A stretch of 64,000 nucleotides of DNA from Nymphaea colorata (taxonomy: Eukaryota). Under the pieces are notes generated by a model. The model saw nothing but the letters and a program-made list of their open reading frames with translations. It did no database searches and was not told where the DNA came from. How positions within the stretch are numbered: the first letter of the stretch is position 1; every line of letters starts with the position of its first letter. The stretch lies in the NCBI RefSeq assembly GCF_008831285.2, contig NC_045138.2, positions 25,234,001 to 25,298,000 on the forward strand, written 5' to 3'. Both the position numbers and the translations under genes were made by a program. Below are positions 1 to 17,889 of this stretch, one piece after another.

Positions 1-2230
1 ATTCAGAAACTCGATCAGCAGATACCATTTCCAAAATTTTATTCAGCATCAGTTGTTATCGATATGCATTTTTAAAGTTGAATAGGACCGTCAAGAGATA
101 AAACACAGCGTAATGTGATTAAATACAATGACAGTTACCAAGTGCTCTGGCACTCTTTTAGTGCCAAAGAAAGCGAAAATACCGCGCCAGAGCCTTCATG
201 GCCAGAGTTTGCTTCTATGGCGGATTGTGCGCCCTGCTAGTTGAAGAAATGACAGAGAAAGAAAGGGCCGGGCTTTCTTCCTAAACCAAGTTTTCTTCTT
301 GCTTTTATCATTTCCGGGTGCGTCGGAATGAGTCGGAAGTAAACAACTCATCAACCGGAAAAGAAGTTCGATGACCTCCGAGTCTCCCTGCCTTCCACGT
401 CCAGATTTTCCGTTTGCTTTTATCATTTCAGAAGCTTGTTTGCTTGCATAAATTGGCAAGCTTACTATGCAAATAACACTTAGAAGATCGTCACCAATTG
501 GTGGAACAGTGCTGCCATTAATTTGTCCAGAGAGCTGCATCGCTGGTGGATCTCTGTCTCCGTAGCTCCACCAGTGGTGGCAAGGCTACTTGTCCGGACC
601 ATGCCATCTCTACGTACATTAGCGGCAGGACCGAGTGGAAAGTTCACTTTTCCACTTTCCCCTGTCCCAAAGGGACGTTCGATGTTCCTTTTCTTGTTTC
701 CTTCGATGTCCTCAAAATCCGGAGGGCCATTGCCCACACTGCCCGATACCTCCATAATTTTTATTTGTTTATCTCTAAGTAAAGTCCAAAACTTAAACTA
801 TTTGTGCCCCTTAGTTACGTTTCTAGTTCCGCCAACCGAGAGCAAGAACATGGAGTTCGTGTGACATGCATTCCAGAAGCATGCTTCTCAAGAACATAAT
901 ATTCTTCTTAATATTCTAAAATAAGTTCAATCATGAAAAATGATAGACATATGTTGACCTATACTTTGAACCAAATCGGCTGGCCGATATCAGTAATCTA
1001 GTGCTTAATTTTACATAAATTGGTCAGTAGTTTGGCAACAAATCAACATTAAGCGTGAGAATATTTAGCTGCTTCACTAATTAAACATTGGTAAGGAATT
1101 TTACCCAAACAGGTTTTACCCTTAACTGAACTTAAAACCAGATTAATTTCCTCATACCATTTTATCAACGAGGTAACAGAGAGCTACCATACACAGGCAT
1201 AATTTATTGCTTAGATGAAACCAAACCCATGTTATAAACCTGATTTTAGAATGAAAGAAAAAAACTCCAAATGGCTTATTCAGACACTCTGATCCGGTTT
1301 TAAGCACGATTTTAGCATCATCTATTCTAATGATGGGTCCAAACCGAGGTGTTTGAAATGGAACTGGAGGACAAGAAAGATGCATATTTTCTATGCCACT
1401 GGCGACCCATTCTAATTCATCTAGAAAAGCTTTAGTGATGTTGCCTTGCAGAAACAGAGGATGTGGGCTCCAAATACTGAACCCTAGACCTTCTTCAATA
1501 TGGAGGTTTTAGCCAACCCATTTAACAAAGTATGCATAGCCATTGTGGGCATCAAATAGTGCATTTTATGGGCAGACTTTGTATGCCAAGTGGGAAATCA
1601 TATTATTAATCGTACAGGTTGATACTGGTAGAGTGAAACAAGGGTTCATTTCTTTCTCATGATATTACTATCCGGCTAACGAGGACTCCATAGTATGGTT
1701 TTCGATGCAGAGGTTCAGTTGACGTTTAATTTGCCAATGGATCTCTAAATCGAAATTTTGGATTTTAGCTAAGGTTAGGATTTCATTTGGAATAGATGCT
1801 GCCTGCTCCTAGAGACCCTGCTAAGAAGGAGCTTGACTAACGAGTGTTTTTCCTTTTTTCTTATTTTCCAGGGAAACCATTGAAAGTATGGAACTATTGA
1901 CCAAATTTTTTGTATGTTAACCTTGTAGACGTAATCTAACTGTAACAGTATCTAGTTGATACAAAGTAAAACAGATGAACAAATCCATTGGGTACACAAA
2001 GCTGCACCTATGATATCCACTTTAGTAGTTCCATACACCCAGGACCATAAAATAATTTTCCTTGTACTGCTCCTTTTCCAGATCACAAGTACAAACATAA
2101 TTCCCGCCTTCCCTGCCCCACAATATGTGATCATGAACATGGAGAGCACTTTGACCATGTTTAAGATCTTATTTGTAGTTATGTTCTTGGAAGCGCTGTA
2201 AGTGCAAACACATAAAAGAAAGAAATCATT

Positions 2231-6531
<4,301 letters not shown>

Positions 6532-9087
6532 CTTTCTTCCTCCTCCTCCTCCTCCGTTTGCGCACTCCAATAACCACGCTTTATATAAAGAAACGCGCGC
6601 AACGCTTTAGCGACAGTTCAAGCCTAACTTTTGGACTATTAACAGAAATAACGTTCCATCAACTCTTACTCAACCTAAATTTAAAGAATTGAAATCACCG
6701 GAACGCCTTTGATTCAAACAGATTTATTATAACATCGCGTTGTATTAGCATCTTTATATATGTTTGGATTTCAAACAATAGATTCATTCTACTGACTCCG
6801 GATCAGTGACGGGAATTTTTTTCTTTTTATTAATGGTAAACGAGAAAGCTCCTGTATTGATAAAGTTTGGTATAACTTTTAATCATTTTTGCACTCCAAA
6901 ATAATTTTTTCACTTGACCTGACAAAAAATAAATATATGGTTCTTTATTTAACGGTTGAAGAACTTAACAATGTGTTTTTTATGATATTTAAAAGAGTTA
7001 TGTCTTTGATTATCGACAAGAATTTTGTTGTGCTTTTGGAAATTTACTCGTTTATGTATGGTAGTGTCTTTTAAACTGTGAAAGTTTTTGAATTAGTGTA
7101 AAACAGCCGAAAATTCCTGGCTACACTACTGCTAGAGAGTAGAGATCTCCTTCAATCTGCGGCAACCGCAGATATCGTATCCAAGTCTATCAAACATGAT
7201 CCAAGAGTCTAAACCTACCAAAATATTTTACATATACACATTAAGATGGCCTTTCGCGGATAAACTTTTAGCTCGGGTACTGGTTCTAGATTCTTGCGGT
7301 GAAATGAAAATTTTTTCAGTATCGAATATCTTAGACAAACACAGAATAATTGGTGAAACGATTCCTTGCAAATTAATCAATCAACGTCCCACGGAGACAT
7401 CCTTTTACTGAACTTTGGCTTTAATCTTGCCCATTCATCTCAAGATAGACGGACGAACATGAATTTGCAGTGTGATGAAAAGAATATTTGGCAGGTAAGA
7501 CGATGAAAAGTAAGGTCCAAGCAATGTTCAAAGATCGGCAAATGTTGTTGACATCGCTTCTACCAATATTGCTGGTTCTCCCGAGTCCTGCCCTCTCTAT
7601 ATAGACAAAAAGGAGAATGTGAGAAGAACGTCTTTTTGAAAAGACGAAAATGCCCTTTAAAAAAGTTTTAAATACTTTTTTAAAAGTGGAAAATGCCCAT
7701 CCCACCACCTTGTGGTGGCTTGTGACGGGTCCATGTCACCTTTCCATAAAGGTAATTTTATCTTTTACTTCTTCATTCTCAGTGTTTTTATCACTTTTAG
7801 GTAAAAGTTGTGTTTGGTTCGCCACAGATTTCGGATTCGAGAGAATCTTAAATCCTTGATAGCTGAAATCTACGGTTGTATCAAACGGTGATTTCGGCAT
7901 CCACTCCAAGAGTAGATTTCAAATCCATACTTTAATGTAAAAAGCATGGATTTGAAATAGGATGGGGGGTTGGACTTGAAAACTGGAGACCTGTGGATGA
8001 AGAAGTTCTGCCCATTGAAAAATTCCGTAGATGGGAGCATTGAATCGAAATCACCTGAAAATGAAAATAAAAAGATGCTCCCAGTCAGCTTCAGATCTGG
8101 CTTCTCCAACTTCATAATTTTTGAAAATCATGTTTCACCGACGCATGAAAACTACATCTTGGTTGCAAAGGAAAGCTCCAAATAGAGCCGAAATTATTTC
8201 AATAATGTGCCCGACACTTAAAATCCGAGCTCAAGCCCAGCACAAACTCAGTCTAATTAAATTAAAAAATATATATTTTAATATAAAATGATATATAAAT
8301 ATAATTAATCATAATAAAATATTATAATTATATAAATTAATAAAATATATATTAAAAAATATTATCAGACCCACCCGAACCAGCCCGATAATTGATCAGG
8401 TCAGCCCGGTTCCCTTTTTCCTAGGCCCGAATCGGGTTGAGTACCGAATACCTGGCTCAACGCCCAACCTTATTCATTAACCGACCAACAATCATACCAA
8501 CAGGGGAATGCTCATTGCTTGAATCTGATACCATCACGTCCACTTAGCCAAAATGATTAGTACACCGCTTCAAACTCTTTTTTAGGTGGTGGGTCGCAGT
8601 CCTTTCATAATGTATACATACTTTTACATGGTTTCCTTGTGAATATCTACCTTAATTGATATCATTTCTCTTTACTATATTAGTGATCGCTTTGACAAGG
8701 GCCATGATTAAATTGTCAGATAGAGAAAAATGAAAAAGGCTAGTATATTATGAGCATGTAAATGATTTAGAAGGAGGAGGAATACGTGATACTGAGCTGA
8801 TTAACACTAAAAGAGATACTAGATTAAGTACTCCCTAGCCCCCGACTAATGCTTCTAGCTACTTGTATTGGGTAGTTGACTGAGGAGAGGAGTAAGTAAT
8901 ACTACTTCTCAACTAAAGTAGCTAAGTAGCCAAGTTTTCACGTGATTCCACCGGGTAGTTGTGAGAGACTTCCCATACAGAACCCACCACATATCTCACA
9001 TCTGTGTTTTTTCGGGAGAAGGGCGGTGCGTCTTCAGGACCAACATGGCAGGCCTGCACGACACAGAACCTTCTCTCTTGTGTCAGA

Positions 9088-9187
9088 CAGGGCGAAGCCC
9101 AGAAGCCAAGGAAGGGCCAGCAGGAGCCCTATTATGCCTCAAAAAGAATTTTAGCCCCCTCATGTAAAATTTCTAGTTCCGCCACTT
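9088..9187. mobile_element. About 100-bp hAT-like MITE
   Basis: The imperfect TIRs are CAGGGCGAAGCCCAG and CTAGTTCCGCCACTT. The 8-bp flanks GTGTCAGA (9080-9087) and GTGCCAGA (9188-9195) match at 7 of 8 positions, consistent with a TSD. Confidence 0.65.
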
Positions 9188-10015
9188 GTGCCAGAAAGAC
9201 CCATGTAACATGTGTTTAGGCCTAATGCATGACCTTTCTACATTAATTTGGCTATTTGAGTTGAGTGGTATTACGCCTCTTGAGCAAATGAACCTTACTT
9301 TTAGGGATGTTAATAAAATCTGATTTAGATCTACTGAGAAAAATTGGATATCAAAAAAACATTTGGCATCCAATTAAGAAATTGAATTTCTAGCGGCTGC
9401 GATAAAAAATGTATGTAGGAGAAATTTCAGTTTGCAGCCATTGTAGGATTCTACGGGAACTGATCCAACGCATGAATGGATGACCAATTCATTTTGGAGA
9501 CTTTTCGGCATTGACGGAACTACCTTGTGGCTGGCATGGACAACTGCCCACGCACCCCAGCTTGAATAAACCCTTCGAAAAATTTTACTATGATAATGCC
9601 GGACTCAGGCGTAGTTATATGCAGACCCACACCAGACTTAGGCTACTGCCTTGTAGTCCAACATGCATCCAACTCATTGTAATAATAAGATTACTTGCAA
9701 TAATAAGATTAATCATTGCCCTTCAGCTAAAAATTTTTAACTCTGCCACTCCTCTTTGGAAGCTGTGGGTTAAGGTGAAGCCCTAAATTTTCTATCATCA
9801 ACGATGGAGGATTCTTTGAGCTCAAATCTTTTTTGTTTTTAGCACTACAAAACATATTGTCCATATAGTTAAACTTAGTCCAGGCCAGATTCCTATAAAG
9901 CTTGTGTTCATCTTGTTTAACTAGACAGTTTCTTCCGAATATCGAGCTTTACTCATTTAATGGTAAACGAATGAATTTCAAGCTGAACTTCTATTCATGA
10001 GAACTGAGGTTACTC

Positions 10016-10484
10016 TGGGATGTCAATGATTGTATTTAAGTTAGATATCCGACTGAACTGTTAATAAAAAAGTCGGATATAGAAAAAGTCTAAACATTCG
10101 ATAAAGAAATCAGAGCAGATTATAATTTAAGAAGATTGAAGAAATGACATCTGCTTGTATTCGGTTTCAAATAAAATATCTGATCACATTCGGATTTGGA
10201 TTTGCATCTGTGTGGAGTTTTAACTAAACATCATATATTCCATATCCATACATTTCAAAAGATAGTTATTCACATCTCATAATGTGGTTTGGAATCGGTT
10301 GTGTATCTAATAGATGCAGATTTAAAAATAAAAGCCAGACAGAGACCAGATTCAAACTGAGAATTTAAGAAAGCGAATGTAGATTTTTCTTTATTTGTAT
10401 TCAAATCCAAATTTGAATATGCATGTGTCAATATCCAATATATTGGATATACTAAAAGTTATATCTGATCCATTGACATCTCTA
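10016..10484. mobile_element. hAT-like MITE, apparently inserted into an older element
   Basis: The TIRs are TGGGATGTCAATG and CATTGACATCTCTA. The TSD reads GGTTACTC (10008-10015) and GGTTCCTC (10485-10492). Internal motifs are of the GGATAT/ATATCC/TCGGATT type. Confidence 0.75.
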
Positions 10485-12075
10485 GGTTCCTCAAACTCAA
10501 CATGCAGCCCTAAAGTGGGTGCATGTCCCCTGCCACCCTCAGCATAACTTTTGCTTGTTCATGGTGCCTTTTCATGTGTCATGGTCACTATGCTGGTGGG
10601 ACCCACTGAATTTGAGGGGCTAGTGACATAAAAAGGTGGTCCAAGTCTTTGGGTGGAAAACTAAATAAAGAAGCAGCTGCATGATAAAAATGCTGATAAA
10701 TGTAGTTGGATTAACGCCTGTTACCTGTAAAGTTTGACTGACAATGAGGACCAGAAAAGGGAGGGAGTTTGCCTTTTCATGGCATTGCCAAAAACAAGCA
10801 GAGTTTGGCTAGATTGAAATTTGTCCTTTGCACTTCAGGAAGTACACCAAAATTGGGCAGTAAGACGACTTACAGGATTTGAGGTTCAAATCATGTAGTC
10901 CCTTTCATGTTTCAGTGTTTAAGCTATAAATGATGGCAAGTACGGCATGACATTCGATTTGAAGGATATATCATAAGTTCACATAGATATAGAACCTTAG
11001 ATATGTAAAAAAGAAGATGACATTAAGGATTTTTATGTTGAAGTGGTTTTCTCTAAATAAAACATTTAGGAAAAAAAATCGTTCCAGAATGGGTTTTGGA
11101 AACTTCTATGCCCAGCACACAGTTCCCAAGCTAAAATGCCGGCTTAGGTTTGCAGGAAGAAAGCAAACTCTATGGGCGGCACCAAGAATCATCATGGTGG
11201 GGCCGTAAACCTTTGTAATAAGCTTGACTAAAAATTTTCATGTAAAAAACAATCTACAATCTTATCAGGGAGCTGGAATTGGATTTTGCCTTGAGACTGT
11301 ATGGTTCATGGAAATGATCTTTTATCTGTCTCGATCCCACTTATGTTTTCTTACTTTTGGCACAAGGAGTCTATTTTGACAGCGCCAGCGCATGAAACAT
11401 CCTTGTAAAGTGCAACCCCTTCATCTGGCACAGACTAGCAGGCCTGCCGTTCAACCTTGATTTCAGGGTTTTCCTTCTTTTTCAAGTATCCAGAACCCAG
11501 TTGCAGGTCAGGTTGTGAAGGTGTAGCATTCTAGTGTAAAACGCTTCGAGGACCATTCTGTTTGAAATATTTCTGTTCTCTAGTGCAAATCGTATGAAAA
11601 AATAAGTTGGTTTTAACACGCATTGAATTCTGTTAAATTCGTTTGCTCATTTGAACTTTGTGAATTAAGCCGGTTCACAACTCTGTTAAGTCTAGTTTGA
11701 TTATATGAATTTATGGTAACTCAAAACAAAAGAGGTCATTTAGTGCATATAGTTAATGCTGCTGGGTGTTTTCCATGAGGTGATTCAAATTACTGCCTTT
11801 TCCTGAATGTTAGATGGAGCGTCGACGACCAGAGACAGGTCCACTCACTCCCCCACCTACTTCCTCTACCGCTCCCGATCTGCCTCCCCGATCCTCATAT
11901 GACATAGCTCATACAAACTGCCCATCAATTGTTCGCAAAAGTTTTACTCAAGAAGGCTAAAAGGAAGAAGCAACACACTCCCCATCTCTTTTCTGTCACT
12001 TGCTAGGATTGTTGGGCAGATGCCTGTTTTTCCGATCTTCGATTGATTTTACCATGATCATTATTGAGGCGTGAA

Positions 12076-15000
12076 ATGGCTCTGGAAGCACTCAACGTGC
12101 TTGGGTTTCAGCACTGCGTCCGGCTGGAGAGGTGGAATTTGGAGCGTAAGCGTTGTGGGTATGGCCTGCGGCTTACTAGTAAAAGGTGGGAGAAACAGGT
12201 CTCTACTGACGGTGAGTGGTGCCTGTGCGCTTGCCAGGCCACTCTGCACAATGACGGGGATGCGGCATCCTTGGTGGGCCTACGGCCGGTTGACGGTGAA
12301 CCAAAGAAGGAGTTGATCCCTTTGCCAAGTATGGCTGCCTGCTCCAACTTCATCTTTCCTGGTTTGCATTTGTTTAGTTTCCATGAGTTAGTAGGTGCCA
12401 AATGACGTCTCTTATTTCCTCTTGCTTTGGCTTTCTTCAGTTTAGCCCCTGTGGTTGTTTCACTCCCTTCATCCTTTACGTGTGACCTGGTTTCATGAAT
12501 TTTGGGAGTCCAAGAGCATTTTTTTGTTTCCTCTTCATTTTGGTTTTCTTGAGTTTAATATCAGTACACTTGAATCTTAGTCCCTATTTCGTTGAAAGGT
12601 AGGCCGAAAATTTTTTAGTAGATATTATGATCGTGCCATTTGAAAGTGTTTGTTTCTAACGGCGATGGCAAATGAATTATACATCTACGTGACTTGTACC
12701 TGAAAAATAGAAGATTGTGGCCTCCGCGCTTTTGTGCTTGTTCCTGAATCATGGGCATTGGAGAATTTGGAGGAGCCTTTTCTTGCAAATATCTTGATGC
12801 TCAAGGAGAGCCACTATCGTCCCCGATTATGCAGCCTTCAGCTTCAATTGCATTAATCTGCCTCATAGATTGGCTAATGAAAGAACAGTAAAAATAACAC
12901 AAATGTGTTTCTTTTTGCTATGTCAAGGCAGATTGCTTTGCTTCTTGTTGTGGGCCTTTGGTTGCTTTGGATAGATCCACTGTTTCGGGCTTCCACTTGA
13001 GACTCTTACTAGGAGTACCCAGAATAAGCCGATGAGCTCTATTATCTAAAAGCTATACTGGTGGAGTCTTGTACAGCCATATGTTAACTGATCCTCGCTG
13101 CTGCTCTGTAGTCAATTATTGCAACCAGATATTGCATATGTTGCAATTACGGATTAACTTTATTTTCATATAGGGCCATTATCTGTTACGGATACTGCTG
13201 GTTCTCCTAGTTATGGTTCTCAAGTTCGTGTTGCGTATCAGGTCAGTTGGTTTCTCTGCTAACAAATTTAGCATTTAGTTAAAGTCGTATGTCTTATTCT
13301 AATCTTGGTTCATGAAAAAACGATCTTTCTAGGGTGTACCAGGTGCATACAGTGAGGAGGCTGCCCTTAAAGCATATCCTCAATGTGAAGCTGTTCCTTG
13401 TGAAGAATTTGAAGCAGCCTTCAAGGTTTCAGTTGATGATTACTTTAAAAAAAATTACCTGGTTAATGGAGTTAATCTGTGAGTTCATTGACTGACCTGC
13501 AGGCAGTTGAATTATGGCTTGTGGATAAAGCTGTTCTGCCCATTGAAAATTCAGTAGGTGGGAGTATTCACAGAAATTATGACTTGCTACTTCGTCATAG
13601 GTTGCATATTGTTGGTGAGGTGCAGATGGCTGTCAATCACTGTCTTTTAGTACTACCAGGTGTTGCTAAGGAGGAGTTAAAACGCGTATTGAGTCATCCC
13701 CAGGTCTTGTTCTGCAGATATTTGCACTCTTCTTGCTAAAAAAAAGGCTACAGTCACTCTAAGTGGCTTTTCATATGCATTTCTTAATAAAATTTATTCA
13801 TTTCAGGCCCTTTCTCAGTGTGAGCTGGCACTAGGTAAACTGGGAGTTATTCGTGAGAATATTGATGATACTGCTGGTGCGGCTCAGGTTAATAGCCTTT
13901 GATAGTTTTCTAGCAAGTTCTAGTCATGTACTTCTATTTGATATATTTTTTATGTTTAGAGTTTATTTGTTTAATTCAAAGTTTTCATGGTCAGATTATA
14001 GCTGCTAAGAGAGTCAGAAATACAGGAGCAATTGCAAGTGCACGAGCTGCACAAATATATGGACTTGACATTCTTGCAGAAAATATACAGGCAAGTTTTT
14101 GCATTATATTCACGTCTCCTTTGCTATCTTTCTTTTGTTCTTTTTTGCTTCTGCTAGTTAATTTGCAAAATTTCGTTTTCTTTTTTGATAACGTGGGTAT
14201 ACATTTATTTGCTGTTAGTATCAGCAAAAATAGTGTAAAATTTTCAGCCTGAAATGTCTTGCCAATGTCTTTGCAGGATGATTTGGATAACATTACTCGG
14301 TTTCTAATACTTGCTCGTGAACCTATAATCCCTAGAACGGATAGGACTTTCAAGGTAAATGTGTTTTTTATATCCGTTCACCAACCCTTCATTATTTTCT
14401 AGTTTCTGATGCTTCTGTTTGTTCCATTCTAGACAAGTATCGTATTTACTTTAGAAGAAGGTCCAGGTGTTCTTTTCAAGGCATTGGCTGTCTTTGCTTT
14501 AAGGGATATTAATCTGACAAAGGTACTAAGGTAGTTTGGAGCAGCTATTTGTTTACCTGTCAACTTAGGTTAAGTGATTTGGTGTTTTCTTTACCTAGAT
14601 AGAGAGCAGACCTCAGCGAAAACGACCCTTGAGGATTGTTGATGACTCTAACAATGGAAGTGCTAAGTGAGTGGTGCCTTTCTTCCTTATGTAGAACTAG
14701 GCCAAACTCTTATGTTCTTTGTGGCAAGCACTTTAGTTCACAATGCTTATTTGTGGAATCATTACCAAAGTATCAACAACATCTGCCGATATAAGTTAAA
14801 ATTTGTATTATAAGTTAATTAGAATGCTCTAATTTGGTGCAGATACTTTGACTATCTTTTCTACATTGATTTTGAAGCATCTATGGCAGAGACTCGTGCT
14901 CAAAATGCCTTAGGGCATCTTCAGGTAATTGTATTATGCAATCACTCTAGTTCAAATCGTACAAGCATATTCACTTGTATTTCTAAGATGTGGTTGCTGA

Positions 15001-16704
15001 AGTAGGCACTAAGTGATCATTTGGCTTATGCATAAAAATATCCATCTTTCTCAAGTATTCGTTATTAACTAACAAAACATGTAAAGGTTAGATGCAAATG
15101 AATCTCTGTCAGACCATTCTAGCGCCTAAACGCAGCACTGAAAGAGAAAAGGAATTACTAGATGATAGTGACTTTACCAGCTTTTGAGCTTCAGGTATAG
15201 TCCCAGCTTGCATTTTTTGGGAAAAGAAAAGATGATCATGAGCTGCAATCCTGTCAAGAGTGAAATCCAGTGACTACATTGAGATTGATTTCCTAGAGCT
15301 GAAACGTCACCATCCATGTGATCTGTTGAAAATGGTCCATCCTCTCTGACCAAGTTCTTAACGGCAGAATATAGCCAAAACAAATTTCCAACCACAGGCT
15401 GTAGGCATTTGCTTTTTTCCTTTGGTCACATAGAGAATATGCAGTTGACAACAGGACAGGCGATAAACAAAGGACATAGTGTTGATTGTGACTATATCAA
15501 CACTGGTTCATTCTGTTGGTGAATAGCGTGTCTATCATCTCATGTCAACACAGGATGTACATGCTAACTGTTGTATCCACATATATTATTGTAAAATCAT
15601 GCATAAATCATATTTGTTTAGCCTTTATAACAGTCTATGCTTAAGTGTTATTCAAGTACAAGCCCCCTTCATTCAAAAATATAATGATTTTGAGGTTTGT
15701 TGCATTATCTGTGGTTTTTACTGAACTTTATGGATATTCTATGTAATGTATTTCTGTTGAAGTCATCATGTTGGCATATTGTAGATAAACTTGATATTTA
15801 GGCCCAACCGGTTGAATCTCAAATTTGTAATGCTATTAGTTTCCAGATCATTTCCCCCAGCTGCAACTAGTAGTTTCTCGTGATTTAATTATAACTGTAG
15901 CAATACTTTTGAGATATGAAAAAGGCTGCCACCAGTTACAGTCTTCCATGACATCCCATTCCAAGGTTTAACGAAACCTAGTGGTCATATTCAAGCCTTC
16001 ACTTTGAGCTTGATCTGGAATTTGAGAACAGTATTGGACATTTTCATTGCATTTAAAGTCTAAACATCAGTGGCATGTCAGCTTGTAGGATTTTGTAAGG
16101 GTATGCTCGAACTTTTGCCCATATCTGCCAGTCAAGTCATCAATGAACCTAGTTTAGCTCTGAAAAGTGCATAATTCATACTTTTCACATACCTTTTGAC
16201 ATGTACAGTCTGAATGCAACACATCATGACGGATATAAGTTCGAGTATCTTGACATTAACAATCTGGCATCAGGTTCAATCTGTTTCATTTTCTTGTAGA
16301 TTTGGTGGGAGACATGCGTCTATTGCCTGAGACAGCTAGTAAATACTTATTGCTGCATTCCTTCATGCATTTGTGTCAACAACAAATCCGTTTATAGGTT
16401 GAACTCTCAAAGTGGTTTGAAAATTCACGTCCGACTGGAACATGACATCTACTTAACAGTGCTATCAGTTCAAACATTGCCAGTTGGTTATTATTTTCTA
16501 CATATATTGCATGACCACTTGAAGCAAAATCACAATTGCTCTGCACATTCAGATTCTCTCAAAAAACTATTTGCTTCTGCGTCCTTATGTCTCCGCCGTC
16601 ATATTTTGTTAGATTTCTTTAGCACTCACTGAGACCACTTTGTATAGGAATTTGCTACCTTTCTGAGGGTTCTTGGATCGTATCCAATGGATATGCATAT
16701 GTGA
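12076..16704 (+). CDS. ADT1: Arogenate dehydratase/prephenate dehydratase, chloroplastic (ADT1-like), 11 exons, about 388 aa
   Basis: Exons are 12076-12328, 13174-13241, 13333-13425, 13503-13703, 13807-13887, 13995-14090, 14277-14354, 14433-14522, 14599-14666, 14843-14924 and 16648-16704 (1167 nt, in frame). Motifs include [49 protein letters not shown], the ACT-domain KIESRP and FLRVLGSYP. Intron 6 is GC-AG. Confidence 0.93.
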
Positions 16705-16871
16705 GCGCTACTTCCATCAGGCAGCTGATGTCCTTTGTTGTTATTTGGAGTCTTCGATACAAGAGATCTATACGCCGTTTTTTCTTCTTGTTTATTGGTG
16801 GTAGGAAGGATGCAACATGAATTTTGCCCTTCAAAGACGATGCAAACTGGAGGCTGGTGAAGTTCATCAAA

Positions 16872-16922
<51 letters not shown>
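16872..16922. repeat. (CT)n microsatellite downstream of the ADT1 stop codon
   Basis: Read directly. A second (CT)n tract lies at 17158-17190. Confidence 0.95.
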
Positions 16923-16924
<2 letters not shown>

Positions 16925-17152
16925 TTATTATTTTGTTGACATGAACATAAACCCATCATTGCCGCAGTTTCCTTCCATAGAAGAACATATTATCTCGGTT
17001 GTAATGCAGACTACTTGATGATGTTGCCCTTGTGAAATTGTGTCGAGCGACTAGCGGCAGACCACTGTCTCCACAAAATATCTTATTGCCTTCAATTAGA
17101 TGGTATTAATATTAAAAAAAAATCCTCGTTATGGTCTACACTAATCTTCGCC

Positions 17153-17193
<41 letters not shown>

Positions 17194-17889
17194 AGGGTGA
17201 TGAAAATTTTTATCGGCGAAAAGACACATCACAGCGATGATGACAGCGAGGGGATTTTGGTTGTCCATAAAATACACGAAGAATGGATTTAAACTCACCA
17301 AAGTCCTTCGTCTATGACATCGAACTCCAAACAATTTTTGCTTCCTTGTAGATAACCCGATGGTATATAAAATCAAGAATCTGATTATCTTTAATGTAAT
17401 TTAAAAAATAAAAGTGAAGCCTGAATGAATGGGGTGATAAATCAAAATTTATGGCAATAAGACATAAACGTATCTCCTCAGTCTCTCTCATTCTTATCTA
17501 CAACAATTCAAATTCAAAATCTTACGTTGCAGAACAAAAAAACATCTAGGTTTTAGCTTTACTGCACCTCAGATCTGCGGGCTCGAACCACGATTAATTA
17601 TCCAGGACGTGTTTTCATATGAATAGGGGAGTGCGCACATGCAAACACGCACATGACGCACACACATGCAGCCGCGATGAACTTATCGTTTGCCCTTGGA
17701 ATCAACAGAACACGCTTATTCATAGCAAAAGGATACCAAACGTAGCATACAGAACACAAACTCCGGTACCAGCAAAAGCGCGTGCACACATGCACGTAAT
17801 GATACTAAAGATGGACAACCATACTTTTAGACAGGATTTACTCTTAGGCCAACATCTAGATCTAGAAATAGGCAGACCAGCAATACTAA

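Noticed and set aside
6532..6570. N-terminal extension MECANGGGGGGRK of the reductase in the ORF track
   Set aside because: It starts at TTG only about 10 nt from the TATA box, so it is 5'UTR or promoter sequence.
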